This document shows, one piece after another, positions 26,766-41,559 of a stretch of DNA of 64,000 nt; positions within the stretch are counted from its first letter, which is position 1; the number at the start of each line of letters is the position of its first letter. Where the stretch lies: contig MU057350.1 of NCBI GenBank assembly GCA_013239625.1, positions 34,059,678 through 34,123,677 of the forward strand, in the 5' to 3' direction. A program made the position numbers and the translations under genes. Below the pieces are notes generated by a model. The model ran no database searches. It was given only the letters and a program-made list of their open reading frames with translations, and had not been told where the DNA came from. This stretch comes from Lama guanicoe. Taxonomy: Eukaryota.

Positions 26766-29700
26766 AGGTAACTGAGGTGACTGTACTTTGTTATCCCACT
26801 TTCCGACCCTTGACTAGACAAGCTGTGGTACAAAACAGGGCAATTCAAGAACCCACACTCTTACCTATAATGGCCTCTTTTCAGATACAGAGCATGGGAG
26901 TAACTTGGCCCTTGAGTTCTTGGTCCCCTCAATCAATCTCTAGTTTATCCTTTCAGAAAAAGAAATACCAGAGAAGCTGAGAGAAATGAACATAAACTCA
27001 AGCAGGCTGGAACGGCTCTGCTGACCATTCCTGCAGGAAAGGAGGCATACTTATCCACTCAAGGGAGGAGCAAGTTGTGGTAGATGAGGTAGAGTGGGAA
27101 AGTGTTTCATTTCAACACCCCTTCCTTATGCTTCCTTTGGTAAGAGGGAGCCACTTAAGAAGCACATGCGCACTTGCTTCAAGTAGTCAGGCATCTGTCC
27201 CTGGCTTAATATACAAGAACAGACTGGACCTCTGTTCACTCTAAATAGAGTACCTGCACCTGGTCCTGATGCAAGTGAATTGGGAAAGATGGAATGCTTT
27301 CCTGTCCAGGCAAATCGCAAAAACTGAGCACCACAGTGAGCAGGACTGAGAGTCATTTATAGGAAAGAATCATAACTAACAAGTCCTTTTGGATATGGCT
27401 CCTCTCTTACGGTATGGAGTCACCAAGTTCCTTCTTGTTCAGAGTCTGACTGTTCCATATAATTGGGCTGCTCACACTCAGAGCAGGCTGAAGACATAAC
27501 AGGGCCAACCCAACAAAGCACCTCCCTGCTTGGAAATCCTCAGTGGAACTTGGCCATTATACATATTTGGGTCTCAGAGGAGCCCACCTGAACTGAGCTG
27601 TTGCCACCAAGCCACAGCCCTGTGAGGAGGAGAACGAACAGTTCCTGTTGTAGAGCATTGGAGTTCGGCCATTGCGTGCTAACTACCTCAGAAGCTGTCT
27701 GTGGAGACTCTTGTCATTCAGCACTGCTGCCCTGAGTTGTGTTTCAGCCTCAAGTTCTGGTTTCTCCCAGGAAGGACTGGATGATTGCTCCACGGAGAAC
27801 AGTACAGTGCAGCTGACTTTGTGTTACCACCACACGTTTGGTTGTGAACTCAGCTTTCACCTTTGGGCAAGACGGTGAAACACGTTCCAGAGTAGAACAA
27901 AGCCCACCATGGGATGAAGTACTAGGGCATCCTCCGCATGTCAGCCAAGTGACTGAGCAAGGTGGAGCTGACCGTGTCTGACTTCAAGAGAAGACCTTCT
28001 TCCTGGTAAATGTTTTCCTATTGTCCCTAAGATCCCTGTATGTATCATAGGTCACCCATATCCCTGAAAAACCCCCCACCCTGCCTGCGGTCAAGGTTTC
28101 ACCTTTCTTCCTATTCCTTTCCATATTGCCTTCTGCTCTTCCTTCTTAAATGTTGTGGGATATTAACCTACAGTATATTAATTTCACATGTACAGCATAA
28201 TGATTCAATGTTTGCATGTGCTGTGAAATGATCACCACAATGAATTTAGTTAGTATCCATTGCTACAGACAACAGGATTCTTTTTTTTCTTGTCCTGAGA
28301 ACTTGAAGGTTTATGCTTAGCGACTTTCAAATATGCAATACACTATCAGTAGAGTTGCCATGCTGTATATTCTGTCCTCACAATTGTATAATTGCAAGTT
28401 TGTTCCCTTTGACTTTCTTCAGCCATTTAGCCTACCCCTTGCCTCCCATCTCTGGCAAGACAGCCATCTGTTCTCTGTATCTATGAACTTTATTTTAGAT
28501 TCCCCATAGCAGTAACATCCCAAGGCACATGTCTTTCTGACTCCTTTCATTTAGTATAATGCCCTCAGGCTCCACTTACGTTGTTGAAAATAGCGAGTTT
28601 TTTTCCCCCCTCACGGATGAATAATGGTCCTATGTGGTTATGTGTAAGTATGTGTGTGTGTATATATAGTCATTCATCTGTCAGTGAACACCTATGGAAT
28701 CAACCTGTCTTGGCTATAGTAAATAATGCTATGATGAACGTGGGAGTGTATATAACTTTGAGTTGTTTTCTTTGAATACCAAGAAGTGGAATTGCTGAAT
28801 TGTATTTTTAATTTCTTGAGAAACCTCCATACTCTTTTCCATAGTGGCTGTACTGATTTACATTCCAATAGTGTACCAGGGTTTCCTTTTAATAGGTTAC
28901 CAAGCAGAGGAAGAAGAGCCAGGAAAGGATAAAGAGCCATTCATTTTTCCTAGGACACCAGAAGAAAGGCTGTGAGACACACAGAAGCAACATTTTCCAT
29001 GTAAAATTTACAGTTGATTCAAAGGAATATTTAGTGTTGCTCTCCTCAGATTTGCCTCATTTTCTACTGCTTCTAACTTAAAATCTATACTCCTAAACTC
29101 TGAAAGTTGCTTTATATCCTTGACACTGAAAGCATCAGCAGCACCCTAAGGTAGAGAGCTCTAGAACAAAAGTTGTACCATCATCATCATCTGCTTAAGA
29201 TGTTCCTCGACAGTTTAAAGTTCTTCTGACTTAGATCTATAAGCTGGACTATGTGAACTGACTCATCCTGGTAAACCTACTTTATATGTAATAATCTCCA
29301 TAGAGTTCCAGGAGAGGATGCTGCCTACTGCTTGTCTATAACATTTGCTCAAGCGATAAAAAAAAATCTCAGTTTTGTTAACTGGACAGAGTTTCAGAAT
29401 ACACAGATAGGATATGTCTTAATGAATGATAATTTCTTGAGCACCTGAATTTTTACAAGAAGTTTCCATTATAAAAAATAGACACAACTCAGATCCATTC
29501 AAATTACCTGGGCATGCCAAATAAAGTAAATACTGTTAACATTTTAGGAGGTGGCAGAAATGACTCTAGAGCCGCAGAATCATTTTGTACATCCTTCTTG
29601 TTCAGAGTCTGACTGTTCCATATAATTGGGCTGCTCACACCCAGAGCAGGCTGAAGACGTAACAGGGCCAGCCCAACAAAGCACCTCCCTGCTTGGAAAT

Positions 29701-32700
29701 CCTCAGTGGAACTTCGCCATTATACATATTTGGGTCTCAGAGGAGCCCACCTGAACTGAGCTGTTGCCACCAAGCCACAGCCCTGTGAGGAGGAGAACGA
29801 ACAGTTCCTGTTGTAGAGCATTGGAGTTCGGCCATTGCATGCTAACTACCTCAGAAGCTGTCTGTGGAGACTCTTGTCATTCAGCACTGCTGCCCTGAGT
29901 TGTGTTTCAGCCTCAAGTTCTGGTTTCTCCCAGGAAGGACTGGATGATTGCTCCACGGAGAACAGTACAGTGCAGCTGACTTTGTGTTACCACCACACGT
30001 TTGGTTGTGAACTCAGCTTTCACCTTTGGGCAAGACGGTGAAACACGTTCCAGAGTAGAACAAAGCCCACCATGGGATGAAGTACTAGGGCATCCTCCGC
30101 ATGTCAGCCAAGTGACTGAGCAAGGTGGAGCTGACCGTGTCTGACTTCAAGAGAAGACCTTCTTCCTGGTAAATGTTTTCCTATTGTCCCTAAGATCCCT
30201 GTATGTATCATAGGTCACCCATATCCCTGAAAAACCCCCCACCCTGCCTGCGGTCAAGGTTTCACCTTTCTTCCTATTCCTTTCCATATTGCCTTCTGCT
30301 CTTCCTTCTTAAATGTTGTGGGATATTAACCTACAGTATATTAATAATTTAGCCTACTTGCCTCCCATCGCTGGCAAGACAGCCATCTGTTCTCTGTATC
30401 TATGAACTTTATTTTAGATTCCCCATAGCAGTAACATCCCAAGGCACATGTCTTTCTGACTCCTTTCATTTAGTATAATGCCCTCAGGCTCCACTTACGT
30501 TGTTGAAAATAGCGAGTTTTTTTCCCCCCTCACGGATGAATAATGGTCCTATGTGGTTATGTGTAAGTATTTGTGTGTGTATATATAGTCATTCATCTGT
30601 CAGTGAACACCTATGGAATCAAATCATGCATAAAGTATTAAAAGTATGAGAACAATGTCTCTAGTGGAGAATATCAATAAATAGAATTTTTTTTAAAGAA
30701 TCAGATTCTGGAGCTGAAAAGTACAATAACACATTCTTATGAAGGACTCCATAGTGGATGTGAGCTCTTGGAAGAATGAGTCGAATTTGAAAATAGACTG
30801 ATTGAGATTAAAGTCTGGTGAAAAAAAAAATAAATTAGACCTCAGACACTATATAAACTACCATTATATACACGCATACCAGCATGTATATAATGGTAGT
30901 TTAGAAGGAGAGGGTAGAAACAGGCAGAAAGAATATATAAAGGAATGACTGACCAAACATTTGACAGAGTCAAGAAGCTCAATGGACTCTTAACAGGGTA
31001 AGTTCAGAGATCTACAGTTAAACACATCGTAGTCCAACTCTTTAAAGATATTACCAGGTTTCAAAAGCATCAAGAGAAAAGCAGTTCATCACATAAGAGA
31101 GAGCCTCAACAAGATTAACAGCAGACTTCTCAACAGAAGCTATGAATACAAGAAGGCATTAGACCCGTATATCCAAAATGTTAAAGACTCTCAAGCAAGA
31201 ATTCTCTAACCAATGAAATTAGCTTTCAAAAACGAATTAACATACTTCCAGATGAACAAAAACAGGTAACTGAGGTGACTGTACTTTGTTATCCCACTTT
31301 CCGACCCTTGACTAGACAAGCTGTGGTACAAAACAGGGCAATTCAAGAACCCACACTCTTACCTATAATGGCCTCTTTTCAGATACAGAGCATGGGAGTA
31401 ACTTGGCCCTTGAGTTCTTGGTCCCCTCAATCAATCTCTAGTTTATCCTTTCAGAAAAAGAAATACCAGAGAAGCTGAGAGAAATGAACATAAACTCAAG
31501 CAGGCTGGAACGGCTCTGCTGACCATTCCTGCAGGAAAGGAGGCATACTTATCCACTCAAGGGAGGAGCAAGTTGTGGTAGATGAGGTAGAGTGGGAAAG
31601 TGTTTCATTTCAACACCCCTTCCTTATGCTTCCTTTGGTAAGAGGGAGCCACTTAAGAAGCACATGCGCACTTGCTTCAAGTAGTCAGGCATCTGTCCCT
31701 GGCTTAATATACAAGAACAGACTGGACCTCTGTTCACTCTAAATAGAGTACCTGCACCTGGTCCTGATGCAAGTGAATTGGGAAAGATGGAATGCTTTCC
31801 TGTCCAGGCAAATCGCAAAAACTGAGCACCACAGTGAGCAGGACTGAGAGTCATTTATAGGAAAGAATCATAACTAACAAGTCCTTTTGGATATGGCTCC
31901 TCTCTTACGGTATGGAGTCACCAAGTTCCTTCTTGTTCAGAGTCTGACTGTTCCATATAATTGGGCTGCTCACACTCAGAGCAGGCTGAAGACATAACAG
32001 GGCCAACCCAACAAAGCACCTCCCTGCTTGGAAATCCTCAGTGGAACTTGGCCATTATACATATTTGGGTCTCAGAGGAGCCCACCTGAACTGAGCTGTT
32101 GCCACCAAGCCACAGCCCTGTGAGGAGGAGAACGAACAGTTCCTGTTGTAGAGCATTGGAGTTCGGCCATTGCGTGCTAACTACCTCAGAAGCTGTCTGT
32201 GGAGACTCTTGTCATTCAGCACTGCTGCCCTGAGTTGTGTTTCAGCCTCAAGTTCTGGTTTCTCCCAGGAAGGACTGGATGAATGCTCCACGGAGAACAG
32301 TACAGTGCAGCTGACTTTGTGTTACCACCACACGTTTGGTTGTGAACTCAGCTTTCACCTTTGGGCAAGACGGTGAAACACGTTCCAGAGTAGAACAAAG
32401 CCCACCATGGGATGAAGTACTAGGGCATCCTCCGCATGTCAGCCAAGTGACTGAGCAAGGTGGAGCTGACCGTGTCTGACTTCAAGAGAAGACCTTCTTC
32501 CTGGTAAATGTTTTCCTATTGTCCCTAAGATCCCTGTATGTATCATAGGTCACCCATATCCCTGAAAAACCCCCCACCCTGCCTGCGGTCAAGGTTTCAC
32601 CTTTCTTCCTATTCCTTTCCATATTGCCTTCTGCTCTTCCTTCTTAAATGTTGTGGGATATTAACCTACCGTATATTAATTTCACATGTACAGCATAATG

Positions 32701-34088
32701 ATTCAATGTTTGCATGTGCTGTGAAATGATCACCACAATGAATTTAGTTAGTATCCATTGCTACAGACAACAGGATTCTTTTTTTTCTTGTCCTGAGAAC
32801 TTGAAGGTTTATGCTTAGCGACTTTCAAATATGCAATACACTATCAGTAGAGTTGCCATGCTGTATATTCTGTCCTCACAATTGTATAATTGCAAGTTTG
32901 TTCCCTTTGACTTTCTTCAGCCATTTAGCCTACCCCTTGCCTCCCATCTCTGGCAAGACAGCCATCTGTTCTCTGTATCTATGAACTTTATTTTAGATTC
33001 CCCATAGCAGTAACATCCCAAGGCACATGTCTTTCTGACTCCTTTCATTTAGTATAATGCCCTCAGGCTCCACTTATGTTGTTGAAAATAGCGAGTTTTT
33101 TTCCCCGCTCATGGATGAATAATGGTCCTATGTGGTTATGTGTAAGTATGTGTGTGTGTATATATAGTCATTCATCTGTCAGTGAACACCTATGGAATCA
33201 ACCTGTCTTGGCTATAGTAAATAATGCTATGATGAACGTGGGAGTGTATATAACTTTGAGTTGTTTTCTTTGAATACCAAGAAGTGGAATTGCTGAATTG
33301 TATTTTTAATTTCTTGAGAAACCTCCATACTCTTTTCCATAGTGGCTGTACTGATTTACATTCCAATAGTGTACCAGGGTTTCCTTTTAATAGGTTACCA
33401 AGCAGAGGAAGAAGAGCCAGGAAAGGATAAAGAGCCATTCATTTTTCCTAGGACACCAGAAGAAAGGCTGTGAGACACACAGAAGCAACATTTTCCATGT
33501 AAAATTTACAGTTGATTCAAAGGAATATTTAGTGTTGCTCTCCTCAGATTTGCCTCATTTTCTACTGCTTCTAACTTAAAATCTATACTCCTAAACTCTG
33601 AAAGTTGCTTTATATCCTTGACACTGAAAGCATCAGCAGCACCCTAAGGTAGAGAGCTCTAGAACAAAAGTTGTACCATCATCATCATCTGCTTAAGATG
33701 TTCCTTGACAGTTTAAAGTTCTTCTGACTTAGATCTATAAGCTGGACTATGTGAACTGACTCATCCTGGTAAACCTACTTTATATGTAATAATCTCCATA
33801 GAGTTCCAGGAGAGGATGCTGCCTACTGCTTGTCTATAACATTTGCTCAAGCGATAAAAAAAAATCTCAGTTTTGTTAACTGGACAGAGTTTCAGAATAC
33901 ACAGATAGGATATGTCTTAATGAATGATAATTTCTTGAGCACCTGAATTTTTACAAGAAGTTTCCATTATAAAAAATAGACACAACTCAGATCCATTCAA
34001 ATTACCTGGGCATGCCAAATAAAGTAAATACTGTTAACATTTTAGGAGGTGGCAGAAATGACTCTAGAGCCGCAGAATCATTTTGTAC
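26123..34088 (+). repeat. Very recent complex tandem duplication: 26123-29590 = 30621-34088, with an internally deleted partial third copy at 29592-30620
   Basis: Constant offset of 4498 bp, duplicated ORFs in the track, only about 8 substitutions seen by eye in 3468 bp; the middle copy matches 27429-28700 less about 240 bp. Confidence 0.95.
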
Positions 34089-34504
34089 GTAACAATTACC
34101 AGGAAGCATAGACATGACTTCTCTGCTGGCTTCTAGGAAAAGACACTCTGCCATTTTGAGATTCAGAAAGTCGCTTTGTCATTTCTGCAGTGTATGAAGA
34201 ACCTCTGGAAGTAAGCAATTTGAGATCAGCATTCAGGTTCTCAGACACTGTTCAGATTTCCATATGCAGGCATGACTTCACTGCATAAAAGACTGCAAGC
34301 CCTGGAAAGCTACTGCTTGCACAAAAGCATGGGGGACAGGAGCGCCCACTCCGGAGATGACTGCTCCTTTTGAAGTTGCAGTGAAATTTACCAGTCAACT
34401 CTACACAGTTAGTAGCAGACTGTGGAGGTGCTCCAAGATCCCCTCAGATGCCATTTTACCATGTGGCATACAAGGAAACCACTGGAAAGCTCAGTGGAGT
34501 TGTT

Positions 34505-34643
34505 AGATGGGTATGAAATTTCACATAAGCTCTAGAGATCTACTGTATAACATTATGCCTACAGTTAATACTGAATTGTGCATCTCAGTTTGTCAAGGTC
34601 AGTCTCATGTTTTCTTACCAAAATAATAATAATAAAAAAAAAA
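34505..34643 (+). mobile_element. L1 3' terminal fragment with A-rich tail
   Basis: tctagagatctactgtataacattatgcctacagttaat...ttcttacca followed by (aat)n and poly-A. Confidence 0.7.
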
Positions 34644-34699
34644 GAACCTACAGTTGTTGACCCAATACCAGTTAGGACTTCATACAACTGGTCTAGCAC

Positions 34700-36140
34700 A
34701 ATATTTTGGTATAAATGTAGTTCTCCTTGCTAAGGCAGGAAGGAGCACTTGTTAAACAGTCACATGGCCACACTTTAGGAAACAGTAAACAAAGAATGTC
34801 CAAGTGGGGACCACCAAGAAGTTATTCTTTGAGAAACAAATTGCAGCCAAGCCTTACCCTCATTCAGCTGGTATTATAATCCAGCTGGGCAAATATAAGC
34901 CAGACTCAGTCAGCAGACTGGCAAGAGCTAGTTTCAGTCACATACACTCTTGCTGCAGTTTGCCGTCACTTGGCGTGGAAATTACGCACCTCACTGTCCA
35001 TGCTCAAAGTTCTAAGAACTGTCCTGCCCTGACACAATGGAGCCTGCAAGGGTCATGTTTGTCCTGATACTCCAAAGGCCACCAGATTGCTCCATAATGC
35101 TAATGGCATTATTTGCTCAGACCTGCTGAACAACAAGAAGCAAGCATTCTAGATGACTTAGCCACACAGATGAGCACCGGAAGTTGGTGAGGGCCTCCTG
35201 AAGGTTCAGGCCTGCCACAGCAACGGCCTTGGCATGTTAGAACACTCCCTCTCAAGTGAGGAACAAGTCACACAACCAGGATGCAGGTGGCCCAGTTCTT
35301 GGTACTTTTTAGACTTTAGAGGCAACACAGACCACATAGGGGTACCACCCGACTCATCCACCAGGTGATCCACAAGCTTCCAAGCTGACATGGAACCCAG
35401 AGAAGGAGTACTCTCTGCCACGTGGGCCCCGTGACACAGCTGACTCACACTGGAGTTGTCTGTGGGCAACAGACACTATAAAGTGCCTTGTACGGTCCTA
35501 GTGAGAAAATCACAATTCCTAAGGGACTGAAGTGAGGCCGTGCCTCACTTCAATAATTCTCCTCAATAATTGCTTCTGGGTTGCTCTTCTGGTTTCTACC
35601 AGAGCCTCACAGTAGAACACTGCATGACCATCAGGTTTGATGGATCAGATATTTCCATCATGAACTGGGTTTCTTGGGCCACAAAGTTAGGCAAGCACCA
35701 CAATGTAGCATCACAAAGTATGATAACGAAGACCAAGTATGAGTAACTCCAGGGGTACAGCGCAGGGCATGAGCAGGTGGTTGGGAATCCCATGGGACCC
35801 TCTTCTGTTGATGCAGCAGCTCTCAACCCACCCAACTCTGAAGTGTTTACAATTAACCCAAGAGGACAGGTGCACACCTAGGTTATAGATGGATGCACAG
35901 ACTACGCTGGGGAGCAGTCACACGGCCCCAGTCAGTGGAGGGCCCAAAAGGGAATGGGAGGTGAGAAGCCCTCCCAGCAGGCAGATTTCCAGGCAGCTTT
36001 GCCCACTTTGCATGAAACAAGGTTGACAATCTATTTTTGTGGAGAGTAACCAATAAATTGTCTGGCTGGCAGAGACATAAGATGGAAGACATGAGCCAGT
36101 CTCTCAGGCTACCTATCCTTGCTCAACAAGGGACCGTGGA
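34700..36140 (+). mobile_element. ERVL/MaLR-class internal pol remnant
   Basis: Degenerate RT segment resembling HYIDDIML...EQEVAS.L at ~35090-35160 and a PIMNWV segment (tccatcatgaactgggt) at ~35654. Confidence 0.6.
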
Positions 36141-36154
36141 GGCAGGAATGAAGG

Positions 36155-36560
36155 CTGTCCAGGGTGGGTTCCCTGGAAAGCAGAGAGGTACCTGCAGGAA
36201 ACTTATTAGAGAGTCCCCTGGAGGTTACCCCTGTGGAAGGGAAGGAAGCAGGATCAGGCAGAGGGAGAGGTTGAACATGACACAGTCTCAGAAAGTGTCA
36301 GCCAACCCCACGGGGCACACTAAAGCTAGGATGGCCCTTCATGGCGTCCCAGGTTAGGATGGGAGGACCGGCTGTCATACCCCTGCACTGATCATGGACT
36401 GGCTGTGGATTGGGCACAGTGCCCAGGAGGAGGGGGAAGGAAGGGATGGCATTCAAGACACATACAATGGAGGGTTGATATCTGATGCCTCTCTGCCAGC
36501 GGCCTTTCCAAAAGTGTAGGCAAAAAGATTCATTGCTGAAGAGGGGTCTGGGCAGCACAT
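36155..36560 (-). mobile_element. ERVL LTR (LTR16/LTR33-like)
   Basis: gggttccctggaaagcaga, ggcagagggagaggttgaac and tcagccaaccccacgggg...gctaggatggccctt resemble the antisense of this LTR group. Confidence 0.55.
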
Positions 36561-37137
36561 CATGGTTCCTACTCTGCTCTGCTTGGGCCTCACGGCATGA
36601 GGTCCCTGCTCCATGCACAACTTGGTAAGGACTCAGGGCTCTGATGTCTGGGGTCCTGGCAGCCTCACTGAGAATGTAAGAGGGTTCCCTGGATCTGTTT
36701 CTCCAGCCTTGTTCCTGAAGGGTGCAGTCATGACAGAGAATTCTAGAGCTGCGTAGTCAGTTCTAGGTCTTTCTGTACCTATGAATGGAGGCCCAGAATG
36801 GCAGCTGGTGTTCTACTCAGGTCTCTCCCCAAGGTCCACGCTCCAGGTCTCCCCCAGGAAGCGTTCCTGAGCCTGCAGCCTGTGGCCCTGCTAAACAACT
36901 TGATAGAAAGGGACGTTCTTCCAAACAAGAACAGAATGTGCCCTGCAGTCCTGCTGGTCTCCAGCTTCAGCAGCGTTTGGACGGAACGGAACCAGGGACA
37001 CTTTCTTCCAGCCTCTGACCAACCTCCAAGCTCTTTTCCACTCACAACCTTCGGAATCATTTTCTCAGCCATCGTCCAGGCAACACCACTTTTTGAGCGT
37101 AGCTCTTATATTGCCAATCAACCATGATTCATCATAA

Positions 37138-37807
37138 TGTAACAGAGCAGGACCCTATGGGGCCTACTTGGGACAGATTCCCTGTGCCACCCCCAACCAC
37201 AACCTCACCCTGCCTCTTGTCTGTAGAAAAGCTTTAGTCTTACAGGCCTCCGCTGAGTCACAAAATTCAGCTCAAGAATAAACAATTGGAAGAATGTGAA
37301 CATGAAGTGAGAAGTAGCATTTGGGTGGGGAGAACTGGTAACAATTTTAACAATGCACCAATCAGACAGCAATCACGGAATCTTTAGTGCCTCCCTCATG
37401 GACATAGATAACACTGTCTGGTGCACATTCCTAGGTTGCTTTTACAGATACTAAAACCCCCACCAGACGGGAGAAGTTAACCCTACAATGACCTTGAGCA
37501 TGTAGCCCCCAGACTGGCTGGAGCCTGAGGATCATGTCAGTCCCCGTGATGCCACCCTGTTATCCCACCAGGAACCAATCAGAATTGTGCACAAGCTGAT
37601 CCTGCACCCTGAGAATCCCCTTCCTCACCCTGCCTTAAGCCATGTTTCCCTGAAACCCTCTGCGGGCTTGTGGACGTTGAGCGTCAGCTGCTCAGACTTC
37701 TTGTTGGCCCTGCATAAACACGGCGCTTTCCCTCAGCACAGCCCTTGTTGTCACTAGATGGCTCTGCTCACCCACACACATTAAAGCTAGTGTTAAGTTC
37801 TATGACA
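37138..37807 (+). mobile_element. ERV1 solo LTR with 4-bp TSD (ataa)
   Basis: TGTAAC...TGACA termini; ataa at 37134-37137 and 37808-37811; related to the LTR at 51393. Confidence 0.8.
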
Positions 37808-40800
37808 ATAATTACCCCAGAGGGAGGCCTCCATTCACCATTTGATCTGCCTTTAACTGCGAACCTCCTCTCTCTCTGGGCTTCTATTTTGACCCCCATG
37901 ATGTGGCTCTGGAGGGCTTGGGACACTTCAGTAAACTGGCTGAAAACTGCGAGGATGCCGAGCATCTCTTGAAGATGCAAAGCCAACACAGAGGCCACAC
38001 CCTATTCCAGGACATGCAGAAGCCATCCCAAAGTGAGTGGTCATCCCTGGATGCCCTGGAGCTGCTGTAGCCTTGAAGAAAAACCTGAAACAGGGTCTTT
38101 TGTCTGCCCATGCAGACACCCATCTCTGACTTCCTGGAGAGCCACTCCCTTAATGAGGACTTGAAACCCACTGAGAAGATGGGCAGTCACCTGACTAGCC
38201 TCTGCAAGCCGGACAGCCCCCAGGATGGGCTGGGTGAGTTTCTTTGAAAGGCTCATCCTCAGGCACCATTAAGAGAGTCCAGAGTCCAGGGGCCCCTCTG
38301 GCACCCCCTGGTGTAAGGGCTTCTGCCTGAGCCTCTCCGTGCACCCACTAGGCAGCTTTTTAACCACCCTGAAGCTCCCTCCCAAGCCATGGACCAAATG
38401 GAAACAAAGCTTTTTGTGGCAAAAAAAGAATGTTACTAGAATAGAGTCATACTAAGGTTGGCGTGGCCTTTACATACATTCTAGAGTACACACCAAACAC
38501 ATCTGAGAAAGAGGAACTGTACCCACGCATGTCATTCCTCACCTGCGTGAGCGAGCTGATGGGGGCATGACCCCAGGCCTGCAACCACAGGGGCCCCTAT
38601 CCCAGCTGCGCTCCCTAAATGAGTGACTTGGTGCAGAGCCGGTGGGCACTGTCCAGCCGAGTACAGGAGCAGACTTCCCACTTCCAGGGAGGAAGGATCT
38701 GGAGCCCTGAGGTGACTACCTCTGCTAGGAGACTAGCGTTCGCAGGCAGGGAACCCCCTGACGGACTGGTGACCAGCACAGTACTGTGGCCCCACCTTCA
38801 TAGGCCCAAGGCTTTGCCAGAAGCCATAGCTGCCACCTAAACTCAATTTGTTACTGAAGCCTGGGTGCTGGAGTCATAACTCAAATGTTTGCCAGGATCT
38901 TAGCACTGTTCATCCCATCCCTTCATGCAAAGAGGCCCCAATCTCACACTCTTTTAAGGCCTGGATCTGGGGTTTATGTCAACCATCCACCCCCAGCCTA
39001 GAAGGATCCCATGATCCCCTCCGCACTTATGTACCACAGATCTGTGGTCTTGAAGCTCACGTACCCAGCAGGTCTATTCTGATATCTGGTCTAGGCTGAC
39101 ACAGGCTTGTCTGAAAAATGCATCTCATTCTGTCATCTCATAGTACCATTTTCTGGCAAACTACGGACTCAGCGTTCCATATCTTAAGTCTATTTAGTGT
39201 GAAAAGCCTGTACGTGAACCAGATCTGTGCAGAGAGAATAATGAGTCAGCATGCAAGCCTTGGGCCTATATGAATGGAATTATGTAACTGATTAATAAGA
39301 ATGGAGGCCTCAGCTCGTTTTTTCAAAGTGGGTCACACATCTTCACTGCTGACCACAGAAGCCATGTGTATGGACCCTGTGTAAAGAAGCAAAGTATGTG
39401 CTCAGGGGTAGCTTGTAGCCTTCTCCACGAAATGCAAATGATATGTATGCCTTATTTCTCCCATGGGTGCCTTCTAAAATGCTCAGTAAACATTAGGTTA
39501 AAACCCATTACATCTTGTGAGTATGGTTTCAGTCCAAACCCACGGTCACTTCTGGTGGCAGTCCACTAGGGTCCTTCCCCTACACTAAGTCAAATATCAC
39601 TCTGGGAAAAGTCATGCACCAATGAGCCCAGAAGACTCAAGTGTTTAAGAGGCATAATGTTCTTCCACCAAAGCCTAAATGATGCATGGAGCCAATGAAT
39701 CCACTAAAAAAACTCAGAAGGATGCCATCTTTGATCCCAACCTTGGCCATTATTCCTCAGTAGACTGTCTTGGCTGCCATTTCACTCCTTTGGGAGCCCC
39801 ATCATGAGGTGCCGCCTGGTGGCATTAAGGCACACATGTTTAGAAGCTGGAAGTCCTTGTAAACTGAGGACAATCAGTAGTGTCAAGTCCCAACCATGTT
39901 GGACTTTGTACCATTTGGCCGTCAAAAGACCTCAATACTCAGGAGAACTTTAAGAACTTCTAAAGATTAATCTACCACTTAATTAAAAATGAAATAAATC
40001 TTGGGTTTTGAAATGTTGAGAAAGTCATCTCACCAGAGGAAGTGTGGCGCTATAGAAAGGCCATGCTTTAAGACAGTCTAGTACCATAGCTGGGGAAGAA
40101 ATCCTTGACTCGTGCTAACAGGAAATACAGCTTCGAAAGACTCATGGCCCACAGGCAGACAGGGGCAGAGCTGGCTGAACCAGATTCTCAGAGTATCTTG
40201 AAGCCTAGGAAGTGGCCTCACTTCAAGGTGGAGAAAGATATTACAGAAAATCACCAGTAGAACTGACCAAGCCACAGTAAGATGGCCCAGACAGATCAGA
40301 AATACTGGACAAAAGGCAACATTTCTTCCAACTCTGAATTATGATAAATTCTGTTTCATACTTGTATTAGAAAACTTAGCTTTTAGATGAAACGGAGGGG
40401 TGGCTAAAGACAATGGCAGGTGTCTAGGGCCAAGTCTCTCAATATTTCCTTCAAAACCAACACAGGAGTGAAACACAAAAAAATCATATCCTGAAAATAA
40501 TGAGGAAAGACTGGATCCAAGCCAATTTTAAAAACAATAGAAGTCAGAAAGCAATCTCTCATGGCACCACCCTACAAGCCTCTACAATGAGCAGGTGCAG
40601 AGAACCAGGGGGAAGAGGGAACTGGTGAAAGGCCCAAGGTTGATATAAAACCACCACCAGAAAGTAGATGTCCACCCTATCACCGTACTTAGGTGGCCCG
40701 ACAGATTAAAGCACAGTCAACTGTATGTATGATGACTTGAAGGGTGAATCTTTTCATACGGTCTAGGTTCTGGAGGAGATGGCAAGAAGAAAAGAAGCAC

Positions 40801-41559
40801 TATTTGGCAACTGAGTGATAACGAAGGGAAAAAGAATCAAAATCAGGTCAGAAAAGACCTTCCAAATCTCCCATAGTCATGAGTGTAACCCTCCAGCAGC
40901 TATAGAAGTTGGTTTTCTGGGCTATTTGTTGCCTCCTGCTTGGCTGAAGGTAGACTCAGCCTTATGTTTTTTGGAGATACTGCCCCAGGGCACAGGGACT
41001 CAATTCTTCATTCATTAGGTTGCCCATGATCCAAGGATTCGTCACATTCTCTGTACTCAGACTCCTGATAACATATGCCTTTGTACAAAACATCGAGATT
41101 AATATAGCAGATTTAGAAATGCTGGATTGTTCCATCAGAAGGAATAGAAAGTTTCTAGGAGTCAGTCCTTACCCTAACACTCCAAGAGAGTCCCCAAATT
41201 AGGTGTCTTTCCTTCAGAAGAATTTGGCCAGAAGAAAGTTGGTGAACATTCCCAGCCAAGTATCTATCTCTGACTCCATCGCTCCTGGCATGAATTGGTA
41301 GGTTTTTTTTAAACCCAATTATAGGAAAAGAAAGATTGGTATGAGATCGGTAACAGAGGGGTACCATAGAGAATGTAGGTGCAGAGGGCAGCAATAAAGC
41401 AAGTTCTGAGGATGGTAGCTTTCTGAGAGGATAGCCGAGATACCCCTTCAGGGAAAGATGTGAAGCCCCGAGCTGCTGGGAGTGCTAGCTCCAGATGGAA
41501 GCTCTCAGCTCTTCTAGGTATTACCTCTGTTACAGAAAGCCATCTTGTCCAAGTTCAGT

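Larger units (their letters stand above)
21125..28520. repeat. ~7.4-kb segmental duplication unit; paralogue 53130-60500, partial unit 16480-21124, next unit starts ~60510
   Basis: Same order and same junctions of ERV gag, ancient unit, L1 ORF1, conserved element and inverted L1 3' end; roughly 80% identical by eye. Confidence 0.9.

Noticed and set aside
26777-33438. Identical ORF pairs in the track (67, 76, 68, 63 and 82 aa)
   Set aside because: Their identity reflects the recent tandem duplication; the frames are not kept in older paralogues and partly overlap L1 sequence
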